A stretch of DNA of 64,000 bases from Paramoeba atlantica (taxonomy: Eukaryota > Protista > Discosea), in the NCBI GenBank assembly GCA_977017575.1, contig CDRNVI010000010.1, forward strand, positions 1 to 64,000, in the 5' to 3' direction. The notes under the pieces are model-generated. The model saw only the letters and a list, made by a program, of their open reading frames with translations. It made no database searches and had not been told where the DNA came from. The position numbers and the translations under genes are program-made. This document shows, piece by piece, positions 1-9,086 of the stretch. Numbering within the stretch: the first letter of the stretch is position 1; each line of letters begins with the position of its first letter.

Positions 1-1177
1 GACTAGGCCCAGTACTCGGAGGACCGTCCCGGACCCTCCCCTCAGGGAACGAGCTCCCTTACCCGGCTTACACCTCTTGGGTAAGCCGTGTTGACGTACA
101 GTTCGTCGACGCAGCGTGTTGGTAACAGCACGTTGGTGCCGCCTTGGAAAAGCGGAAACTGATAGAGGACGTCGGCCTCGGAACTTCCAAATCTTTCTGT
201 GAAGGGTCTGGCTTGCCAGTGGCCATCCGGAGCAATCCGGAATGATTGATTTGGGGTTGGGTGTGGGACTTGAAGGCACTCCTGGTCGCTTTCCCTTTGT
301 AGTGAGGCCGGCAGGTTGCGAGTTTTGTCGATATCGGGAATATAACCCCCAACCTGCAGGTTGTAAGGCCCACCGTCTCCAACTACAATTACACCGCTTT
401 CCTCTGTAGAAGCTACCCAAATAAAGGCCAGACCCCTCGGCCCGGCTTAAATCTCTGCTTTAAGATTGGCAGAACCTCGTTGAGACACTAAAGATTCAAC
501 TAGATCCTACACAAGCACTTGTCGAAGTAACTTCCCTACATTGGAAAGCATCATTTAGTCGAGCAACCTTCTTCCTTCTTCCTTCAGGGATCAAAGTTTC
601 GAACCCGCTCATCGCATAATTCCCGGCGGCCTCGATCTAAGAGGCTGGGCTGAGAATCGACTAGGCCCAGTACTCTGACGGCCGCCAGGGGCGCTCCCAT
701 CAGGGAACCGGTTCTCTTCTCTTCTTCTTCTTTTTGGATTGGATTCTTCTTCCCCTCCTCCCATCAGGGAGCCGGCCCCCTTACCCGGTTTAAGCCTCTT
801 GGGTGGGCCGCGTTGTCATACAAGTCGTCGAAGCAGCGTGTTGGTAACATAACGTTGGTGCCGCCTTGGAAAAGCGAAAACTGGTAGAGGACGTCGGCCT
901 TGGAACTTCCAAATCTGTCTGTGAAGGGTCTTGGTAGCATTGGGGCTGATAAATGTTTATGCGTTTATTGGTGGTAGAGGGGGGCGGCTATGCGAAAACA
1001 AAAATAAAAGGCGTTAAAAGAGACGTTTTGCATCAATGAGGAGAAATTCTTGAGAATTATTTTTGATGATGGTGGCTCTGGGGGTTTGTTATGTACAAAA
1101 TTGTTTATGATTAAGTGCTCTAGTAGGGTCCTTCGCATCTTTTTGAAATGTCTACAAAAGTAGGGAAACTTTAAGAA

Positions 1178-1936
1178 TCAAAGGGGATTTGTGGAAATTA
1201 ATGTCTTTTTTGAAGCCTCATCTTGAAACCAAAGAAACTCAGCATTAAATTTCACAAGAAACCTTTTCAACACAGTAAAATTTGAAGAAAGGAGCAAATC
1301 AAAGGTTTTCTCACCCCTTACCAGCTGATAAAGGTCGCTCATCGCAACTTCTTCCCCCATGATCTGGCTAACAGAAAATTTTAAGAGATCACTATACTCT
1401 TTTCCTCGTGTAAATCCAAAATTGGGCTTTTTTGAACTTGAATGCAAAACTATCCACCTGCAAAGGTCTTTCCCAAGGTATTGGTAAAATGGGTTGCCTG
1501 CATTTTTAACCATTCTCTGAAACTTCAAAACATTAAAAAGGTATTTCTGATCAATCTGGTTCCTCACGTAGTCGTATGAAAGGGCCCCAGATGAAGGATT
1601 AACAAAATTGTCTTGAAAAAGACCAAGAACATCTCTACATACACTTTCTGCTTCCTTCTTTAAAAGATTGTGAAACGTGATGCTCAACATGCTCGCACAA
1701 GTAAAGTTAACGGCTCCACCCTCCGGGTCTAACACGAATTGGTCCCCGCTCGACGTGGAAATTCCTATGGGTTGAGAAAGAGAAGAAAACAGGATTACGG
1801 AGGATCGTTGGAGATGTTTTGGCGTGAAGCATAACTTCTGTTTGAAAATATCGCTTTCCTCGATTTCAACATCTGGCACCCCATCCACAAATACCTTGCA
1901 TGAGGGAGGGCTGGAAACTTGAAGCCCGAAATTCAT
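1178..1936 (-). CDS. Hypothetical 252-aa protein of the tandem unit (copy 1)
   Basis: Open frame with first ATG at 1936 (the track starts at TTG 1939). Globular-looking composition, intact in 7 copies, no recognisable motif. Confidence 0.55.
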   Translation of the reverse strand: MNFGLQVSSPPSCKVFVDGVPDVEIEESDIFKQKLCFTPKHLQRSSVILFSSLSQPIGISTSSGDQFVLDPEGGAVNFTCASMLSITFHNLLKKEAESVCRDVLGLFQDNFVNPSSGALSYDYVRNQIDQKYLFNVLKFQRMVKNAGNPFYQYLGKDLCRWIVLHSSSKKPNFGFTRGKEYSDLLKFSVSQIMGEEVAMSDLYQLVRGEKTFDLLLSSNFTVLKRFLVKFNAEFLWFQDEASKKTLISTNPL

Positions 1937-2872
1937 CAATTTGTTATTTTAAAAAAGTAGCGGACTGAGTAAATATTTTTGAAAATATCAAAAAAGATGA
2001 GTTCAAGATTTGAAACCCACTTCACACTGGAGGGTCCCCTGGCAAGGTGTATCTCGTGAGTTCTCGAGCAAAACGAAACTCAGTTATCGCATGTGAAGCC
2101 GGGTAGCGCTAATTCAAGCATTTGAGTGGCAGGTTCTTTGTCCGCTCATGGTGGGGCTTTGGGCGATATCTTAATTATTATATTGCGGTGGTTGTATAAC
2201 TACCGCTCTACCCTCGATTATTGAAAAAAGAGTGAACAAAAACAGTGAAAATATAAAGAGGAACACAGGGGGGCATACCGCACGATTTTTTTTTTTGAAA
2301 TTTTTTTTTCGAAAAAAACCCGCAGAAGGGGTAGCCGGGGTTGGCGCTTATTTTCCGCCCCCTACCCGGGGGTGGCCCCCCCTCGTATCCGCAGGACGGG
2401 TCCGCCAAGTTCGGATGTTTTTGAAAAAAAATTCAACTTGGCGAAAAAACTGGCAAAGAAAATATTTTTTCAATATTCTTTCCCCTGTTGTATTTTGATA
2501 GTTCGGGGCCTATACTAGCTTTCTCGGCCTTTGGTTTCTCAAGGTATCTCTTCTTCGAGCCGTGGTGCGCCACTCAAAATGACCCATTTTCGACTGAAAT
2601 AGGTGAAAAAGTATTTTTCGGACCTCAAGGGGTCTTTTTGGGTCGGAAGAATGGTGTGGTTGGGGTCCAATCCAATATCCAATCCAAAAGACCGACGTAA
2701 AGTCGGTTGAAAAACTTAATGTTTACACCTTGAAAGCTTTCATCTATCGCTTCCACGTTCAGAGTTTATATGTGTCTGATACGGTACAAACAAACAATAT
2801 TTTTCCGATAACCTATGAATAATCCTCAAGGCATTCTAAGTTGGCAAATAAATAATTCCATCAATTCTCTCC

Positions 2873-3367
2873 CTACTTAGACGGTTTCCTATTACCTCCA
2901 GCTCTCGCAACCTTCCCTCGAAATACCCCTTCCGCCTCAGCTTTGCGCTTCGATGATGGAATGTCTCGTGCTTGCTTATTTCCAAGGGACTTCCTTTTGA
3001 GTAAGGCTTTCAAAGACCATGACGGTTGTGAATTCTCACTATCCTCCGAGTTAGCAGTTGTTTTTCTCCTTTTTTGGGTCGGAGCCCGTGCCACTTTTCG
3101 TGATGCCAAAAGTGCTAGACCATCTGCCTCCTCATTCCATTTGTTTCCAATGTGCGCCTTTACCTTGCACAAATATATATTATACGAATGGAATTTTAGT
3201 AACCTGAGCTTTGCGTCCACATCATACATTAGGTCGCCATTCTTGGGGTTGGGGTCGCATTCTTTACCCAATACGTTCGGCAGGCTTTCATTCATGCCTA
3301 CGAGTGATTTCCCACGAGCAAATATCGGATTTCGTGAATGAAAACAAATACACAAAAATGACCCCAT
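2873..3367 (-). CDS. 164-aa protein with the C-terminal half of an RNase H (RNase HI-like) and a basic tail (copy 1)
   Basis: PKNGDL...YLCKVKAHIGNKWNEEADGLA matches the RNase H C-terminal signature (KNxDL...VKAHxGxxxNExADxLA). The N-terminal catalytic acidic residues are not seen. K/R-rich tail (QKRRK, SKRK). Confidence 0.65.
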   Translation of the reverse strand: MGSFLCICFHSRNPIFARGKSLVGMNESLPNVLGKECDPNPKNGDLMYDVDAKLRLLKFHSYNIYLCKVKAHIGNKWNEEADGLALLASRKVARAPTQKRRKTTANSEDSENSQPSWSLKALLKRKSLGNKQARDIPSSKRKAEAEGVFRGKVARAGGNRKPSK

Positions 3368-3469
3368 TTTTACCCGAAAATCGGCTATTTTTGGCTATAA
3401 TATTTCAATTTAGGCTTTTCGTTAAACGCGGTAGTAGAGTTGCAAACCAGCTTTCAGGACTCTGGGGAA

Positions 3470-3470
<1 letters not shown>

Positions 3471-3500
<30 letters not shown>

Positions 3501-3540
3501 AAGAAGAAGAAGAAGAAGAAGAAGAAGAAGAAGAAGAAGA
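3471..3540 (+). repeat. (AAG)n microsatellite, one per unit (others start at 7414, 11380, 15346, 19288, 23254, 27217)
   Basis: (AAG)23 in this copy and about 21-30 in the others. It reads (CTT)n on the - strand, upstream of the RNase H-like ORF. Confidence 0.97.
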
Positions 3541-3823
3541 CACCGAGGGCTCTGCACCGTTAGGGTAGAGTCTCAAGCCACCGACCTTCATTGTCTTGCT
3601 TCCCCCTTCCAAGACGGCACTCGAAGCCTTGCGGCCCGAGCACGGGTACCCAACCGTAGCTACCAGGACGGGCGTCCAACCCCGTTGCATCGTGTAGGCT
3701 GTGTCTCATGCCTCGTTTGCGTAAGAAGCATGAATTTTCGGCGGCTGCGCTGGAGCCTGGTTCGGCTCTGCGGTTCCGGGTCGTTCCTCCAGAGGGAGGC
3801 CTTCTTCCTAGCGGACTTTTTCC

Positions 3824-4270
3824 GAGCGGTGGCGTAGCAGCAAGAATTCAAAGTTTCAAGCACGTGGTGCTCAGACGGCGAGTTCAAACCCGCTCATCGA
3901 AATATTCCTGGCGGCCTCCCTCTAAGAGGCTGGGCTAATAACCGACTAGGCCCAGTACTCGGAGGACCGTCCCGGACCCTCCCCTCAGGGAACGAGCTCC
4001 CTTACCCGGCTTACACCTCTTGGGTAAGCCGTGTTGACGTACAGTTCGTCGACGCAGCGTGTTGGTAACAGCACGTTGGTGCCGCCTTGGAAAAGCGGAA
4101 ACTGATAGAGGACGTCGGCCTCGGAACTTCCAAATCTTTCTGTGAAGGGTCTGGCTTGCCAGTGGCCATCCGGAGCAATCCGGAATGATTGATTTGGGGT
4201 TGGGTGTGGGACTTGAAGGCACTCCTGGTCGCTTTCCCTTTGTAGTGAGGCCGGCAGGTTGCGAGTTTTG
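3824..4270 (+). ncRNA. Putative structured RNA 'A' with tRNA-like Pol III head (representative copy; others at 1-327 partial, 7790, 11756, 15698, 19664, 23627, 27593)
   Basis: A-box-like TGGCGTAGCAG 3830-3840 and B-box-like GTTCAAACC 3882-3890. GAGCGG 3824-3829 pairs with CCGCTC 3890-3895. Several hairpins follow, with GUAA, GGAA and GCAA tetraloops. First T4 run at 4266-4269. Family not recognised. Confidence 0.5.
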
Positions 4271-4533
4271 TCGATATCGGGAATATAACCCCCAACCTGC
4301 AGGTTGTAAGGCCCACCGTCTCCAACTACAATTACACCGCTTTCCTCTGTAGAAGCTACCCAAATAAAGGCCAGACCCCTCGGCCCGGCTTAAATCTCTG
4401 CTTTAAGATTGGCAGAACCTCGTTGAGACACTAAAGATTCAACTAGATCCTACACAAGCACTTGTCGAAGTAACTTCCCTACATTGGAAAGCATCATTTA
4501 GTCGAGCAACCTTCTTCCTTCTTCCTTCAGGGA

Positions 4534-4873
4534 TCAAAGTTTCGAACCCGCTCATCGCATAATTCCCGGCGGCCTCGATCTAAGAGGCTGGGCTGAGAAT
4601 CGACTAGGCCCAGTACTCTGACGGCCGCCAGGGGCGCTCCCATCAGGGAACCGGTTCTCTTCTCTTCTTCTTCTTTTTGGATTGGATTCTTCTTCCCCTC
4701 CTCCCATCAGGGAGCCGGCCCCCTTACCCGGTTTAAGCCTCTTGGGTGGGCCGCGTTGTCATACAAGTCGTCGAAGCAGCGTGTTGGTAACATAACGTTG
4801 GTGCCGCCTTGGAAAAGCGAAAACTGGTAGAGGACGTCGGCCTTGGAACTTCCAAATCTGTCTGTGAAGGGTC
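4534..4873 (+). ncRNA. Diverged second copy 'B' of the structured RNA (representative; others start at 591, 8500, 12466, 16408, 20374, 24337, 28303)
   Basis: Colinear with A 3848-4152, with shared blocks such as AACCCGCTCATCG, TCTAAGAGGCTGGGCT, CGACTAGGCCCAGTACTC and GCAGCGTGTTGGTAACA. It has a 29-nt deletion in the head and a pyrimidine-rich insertion at 4660-4700. Confidence 0.45.
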
Positions 4874-5120
4874 TTGGTAGCATTGGGGCTGATAAATGTT
4901 TATGCGTTTATTGGTGGTAGAGGGGGGCGGCTATGCGAAAACAAAAATAAAAGGCGTTAAAAGAGACGTTTTGCATCAATGAGGAGAAATTCTTGAGAAT
5001 TATTTTTGATGATGGTGGCTCTGGGGGTTTGTTATGTACAAAATTGTTTATGATTAAGTGCTCTAGTAGGGTCCTTCGCATCTTTTTGAAATGTCTACAA
5101 AAGTAGGGAAACTTTAAGAA

Positions 5121-5879
5121 TCAAAGGGGATTTGTGGAAATTAATGTCTTTTTTGAAGCCTCATCTTGAAACCAAAGAAACTCAGCATTAAATTTCACAA
5201 GAAACCTTTTCAACACAGTAAAATTTGAAGAAAGGAGCAAATCAAAGGTTTTCTCACCCCTTACCAGCTGATAAAGGTCGCTCATCGCAACTTCTTCCCC
5301 CATGATCTGGCTAACAGAAAATTTTAAGAGATCACTATACTCTTTTCCTCGTGTAAATCCAAAATTGGGCTTTTTTGAACTTGAATGCAAAACTATCCAC
5401 CTGCAAAGGTCTTTCCCAAGGTATTGGTAAAATGGGTTGCCTGCATTTTTAACCATTCTCTGAAACTTCAAAACATTAAAAAGGTATTTCTGATCAATCT
5501 GGTTCCTCACGTAGTCGTATGAAAGGGCCCCAGATGAAGGATTAACAAAATTGTCTTGAAAAAGACCAAGAACATCTCTACATACACTTTCTGCTTCCTT
5601 CTTTAAAAGATTGTGAAACGTGATGCTCAACATGCTCGCACAAGTAAAGTTAACGGCTCCACCCTCCGGGTCTAACACGAATTGGTCCCCGCTCGACGTG
5701 GAAATTCCTATGGGTTGAGAAAGAGAAGAAAACAGGATTACGGAGGATCGTTGGAGATGTTTTGGCGTGAAGCATAACTTCTGTTTGAAAATATCGCTTT
5801 CCTCGATTTCAACATCTGGCACCCCATCCACAAATACCTTGCATGAGGGAGGGCTGGAAACTTGAAGCCCGAAATTCAT
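5121..5879 (-). CDS. Hypothetical 252-aa protein (copy 2)
   Basis: Same translation as copy 1. Confidence 0.55.
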   Translation of the reverse strand: MNFGLQVSSPPSCKVFVDGVPDVEIEESDIFKQKLCFTPKHLQRSSVILFSSLSQPIGISTSSGDQFVLDPEGGAVNFTCASMLSITFHNLLKKEAESVCRDVLGLFQDNFVNPSSGALSYDYVRNQIDQKYLFNVLKFQRMVKNAGNPFYQYLGKDLCRWIVLHSSSKKPNFGFTRGKEYSDLLKFSVSQIMGEEVAMSDLYQLVRGEKTFDLLLSSNFTVLKRFLVKFNAEFLWFQDEASKKTLISTNPL

Positions 5880-6815
5880 CAATTTGTTATTTTAAAAAAG
5901 TAGCGGACTGAGTAAATATTTTTGAAAATATCAAAAAAGATGAGTTCAAGATTTGAAACCCACTTCACACTGGAGGGTCCCCTGGCAAGGTGTATCTCGT
6001 GAGTTCTCGAGCAAAACGAAACTCAGTTATCGCATGTGAAGCCGGGTAGCGCTAATTCAAGCATTTGAGTGGCAGGTTCTTTGTCCGCTCATGGTGGGGC
6101 TTTGGGCGATATCTTAATTATTATATTGCGGTGGTTGTATAACTACCACTCTACCCTCGATTATTGAAAAAAGAGTGAACAAAAACAGTGAAAATATAAA
6201 GAGGAACACAGGGGGGCATACCGCACGATTTTTTTTTTTGAAATTTTTTTTTCGAAAAAAACCCGCAGAAGGGGTAGCCGGGGTTGGCGCTTATTTTCCG
6301 CCCCCTACCCGGGGGTGGCCCCCCCTCGTATCCGCAGGACGGGTCCGCCAAGTTCGGATGTTTTTGAAAAAAAATTCAACTTGGCGAAAAAACTGGCAAA
6401 GAAAATATTTTTTCAATATTCTTTCCCCTGTTGTATTTTGATAGTTCGGGGCCTATACTAGCTTTCTCGGCCTTTGGTTTCTCAAGGTATCTCTTCTTCG
6501 AGCCGTGGTGCGCCACTCAAAATGACCCATTTTCGACTGAAATAGGTGAAAAAGTATTTTTCGGACCTCAAGGGGTCTTTTTGGGTCGGAAGAATGGTGT
6601 GGTTGGGGTCCAATCCAATATCCAATCCAAAAGACCGACGTAAAGTCGGTTGAAAAACTTAATGTTTACACCTTGAAAGCTTTCATCTATCGCTTCCACG
6701 TTCAGAGTTTATATGTGTCTGATACGGTACAAACAAACAATATTTTTCCGATAACCTATGAATAATCCTCAAGGCATTCTAAGTTGGCAAAGAAATAATT
6801 CCATCAATTCTCTCC

Positions 6816-7310
6816 CTACTTAGACGGTTTCCTATTACCTCCAGCTCTCGCAACCTTCCCTCGAAATACCCCTTCCGCCTCAGCTTTGCGCTTCGATGAT
6901 GGAATGTCTCGTGCTTGCTTATTTCCAAGGGACTTCCTTTTGAGTAAGGCTTTCAAAGACCATGACGGTTGTGAATTCTCACTATCCTCCGAGTTAGCAG
7001 TTGTTTTTCTCCTTTTTTGGGTCGGAGCCCGTGCCACTTTTCGTGATGCCAAAAGTGCTAGACCATCTGCCTCCTCATTCCATTTGTTTCCAATGTGCGC
7101 CTTTACCTTGCACAAATATATATTATACGAATGGAATTTTAGTAACCTGAGCTTTGCGTCCACATCATACATTAGGTCGCCATTCTTGGGGTTGGGGTCG
7201 CATTCTTTACCCAATACGTTCGGCAGGCTTTCATTCATGCCTACGAGTGATTTCCCACGAGCAAATATCGGATTTCGTGAATGAAAACAAATACACAAAA
7301 ATGACCCCAT
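6816..7310 (-). CDS. RNase H-like 164-aa ORF (copy 2)
   Basis: Identical translation to copy 1. Confidence 0.65.
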   Translation of the reverse strand: MGSFLCICFHSRNPIFARGKSLVGMNESLPNVLGKECDPNPKNGDLMYDVDAKLRLLKFHSYNIYLCKVKAHIGNKWNEEADGLALLASRKVARAPTQKRRKTTANSEDSENSQPSWSLKALLKRKSLGNKQARDIPSSKRKAEAEGVFRGKVARAGGNRKPSK

Positions 7311-7412
7311 TTTTACCCGAAAATCGGCTATTTTTGGCTATAATATTTCAATTTAGGCTTTTCGTTAAACGCGGTAGTAGAGTTGCAAACCAGCTTTCAG
7401 GACTCTGGGGAA

Positions 7413-7443
<31 letters not shown>

Positions 7444-9086
7444 AAGAAGAAGAAGAAGAAGAAGAAGAAGAAGAAGAAGAAGAAGAAGAAGAAGAAGAAG
7501 AAAAGACACCGAGGGCTCTGCACCGTTAGGGTAGAGTCTCAAGCCACCGACCTTCATTGTCTTGCTTCCCCCTTCCAAGACGGCACTCGAAGCCTTGCGG
7601 CCCGAGCACGGGTACCCAACCGTAGCTACCAGGACGGGCGTCCAACCCCGTTGCATCGTGTAGGCTGTGTCTCATGCCTCGTTTGCGTAAGAAGCATGAA
7701 TTTTCGGCGGCTGCGCTGGAGCCTGGTTCGGCTCTGCGGTTCCGGGTCGTTCCTCCAGAGGGAGGCCTTCTTCCTAGCGGACTTTTTCCGAGCGGTGGCG
7801 TAGCAGCAAGAATTCAAAGTTTCAAGCACGTGGTGCTCAGACGGCGAGTTCAAACCCGCTCATCGAAATATTCCTGGCGGCCTCCCTCTAAGAGGCTGGG
7901 CTAATAACCGACTAGGCCCAGTACTCGGAGGACCGTCCCGGACCCTCCCCTCAGGGAACGAGCTCCCTTACCCGGCTTACACCTCTTGGGTAAGCCGTGT
8001 TGACGTACAGTTCGTCGACGCAGCGTGTTGGTAACAGCACGTTGGTGCCGCCTTGGAAAAGCGGAAACTGATAGAGGACGTCGGCCTCGGAACTTCCAAA
8101 TCTTTCTGTGAAGGGTCTGGCTTGCCAGTGGCCATCCGGAGCAATCCGGAATGATTGATTTGGGGTTGGGTGTGGGACTTGAAGGCACTCCTGGTCGCTT
8201 TCCCTTTGTAGTGAGGCCGGCAGGTTGCGAGTTTTGTCGATATCGGGAATATAACCCCCAACCTGCAGGTTGTAAGGCCCACCGTCTCCAACTACAATTA
8301 CACCGCTTTCCTCTGTAGAAGCTACCCAAATAAAGGCCAGACCCCTCGGCCCGGCTTAAATCTCTGCTTTAAGATTGGCAGAACCTCGTTGAGACACTAA
8401 AGATTCAACTAGATCCTACACAAGCACTTGTCGAAGTAACTTCCCTACATTGGAAAGCATCATTTAGTCGAGCAACCTTCTTCCTTCTTCCTTCAGGGAT
8501 CAAAGTTTCGAACCCGCTCATCGCATAATTCCCGGCGGCCTCGATCTAAGAGGCTGGGCTGAGAATCGACTAGGCCCAGTACTCTGACGGCCGCCAGGGG
8601 CGCTCCCATCAGGGAACCGGTTCTCTTCTCTTCTTCTTCTTTTTGGATTGGATTCTTCTTCCCCTCCTCCCATCAGGGAGCCGGCCCCCTTACCCGGTTT
8701 AAGCCTCTTGGGTGGGCCGCGTTGTCATACAAGTCGTCGAAGCAGCGTGTTGGTAACATAACGTTGGTGCCGCCTTGGAAAAGCGAAAACTGGTAGAGGA
8801 CGTCGGCCTTGGAACTTCCAAATCTGTCTGTGAAGGGTCTTGGTAGCATTGGGGCTGATAAATGTTTATGCGTTTATTGGTGGTAGAGGGGGGCGGCTAT
8901 GCGAAAACAAAAATAAAAGGCGTTAAAAGAGACGTTTTGCATCAATGAGGAGAAATTCTTGAGAATTATTTTTGATGATGGTGGCTCTGGGGGTTTGTTA
9001 TGTACAAAATTGTTTATGATTAAGTGCTCTAGTAGGGTCCTTCGCATCTTTTTGAAATGTCTACAAAAGTAGGGAAACTTTAAGAA

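Noticed and set aside
3243-3566. Telomeric repeats or telomerase template (TTGGGGTTGGGG at ~3243; single TTAGGG at ~3560)
   Set aside because: Only one or two units, expected by chance. The template-like CUACCCUAAC is imperfect.
3211-3938. Poly-Arg, poly-Leu and poly-Ser ORFs and other short GC-rich ORFs of the unit (66-142 aa)
   Set aside because: They are readings of (AAG)n and GC-rich structured DNA, and their frames change between copies.
1-3943. Spliced-leader RNA gene array
   Set aside because: No ACAGTTTCTGTAC-type exon core followed by TTG/GT on either strand. The closest match (ACAATTTTGTAC near 1030-1045, - strand) lacks the splice donor.
3890-3975. HDV-like ribozyme (resemblance to the ingi/L1Tc 77-nt signature: GGCC-CCTC-AA-GAGG, CCAGTACTC)
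   Set aside because: A P1/P2/P3 assignment is partly possible, but P1.1 does not form consistently in A and B, and no C-(G/U)-A-A J4/2 precedes P2.
3928-4100. 7SL/Alu or 5S rRNA similarity (CCCAGTACTCGGAGG; AGTACT..GACCG; adjacent GUAA/GGAA hairpins)
   Set aside because: Only short matches. The SRP helix-8 AGG/AGCAG motif is absent and the 5S helices do not form.
4081-4135. Hammerhead core (GAAA-CTGATAGAG)
   Set aside because: It is not CUGANGA, the order of core elements is wrong, and B reads CTGGTAGAG.
3946-4503. Group I intron P7 (CGACTA/TAGTCG) or group II intron
   Set aside because: No J8/7 AAGAUA or P/Q elements, and no domain V.
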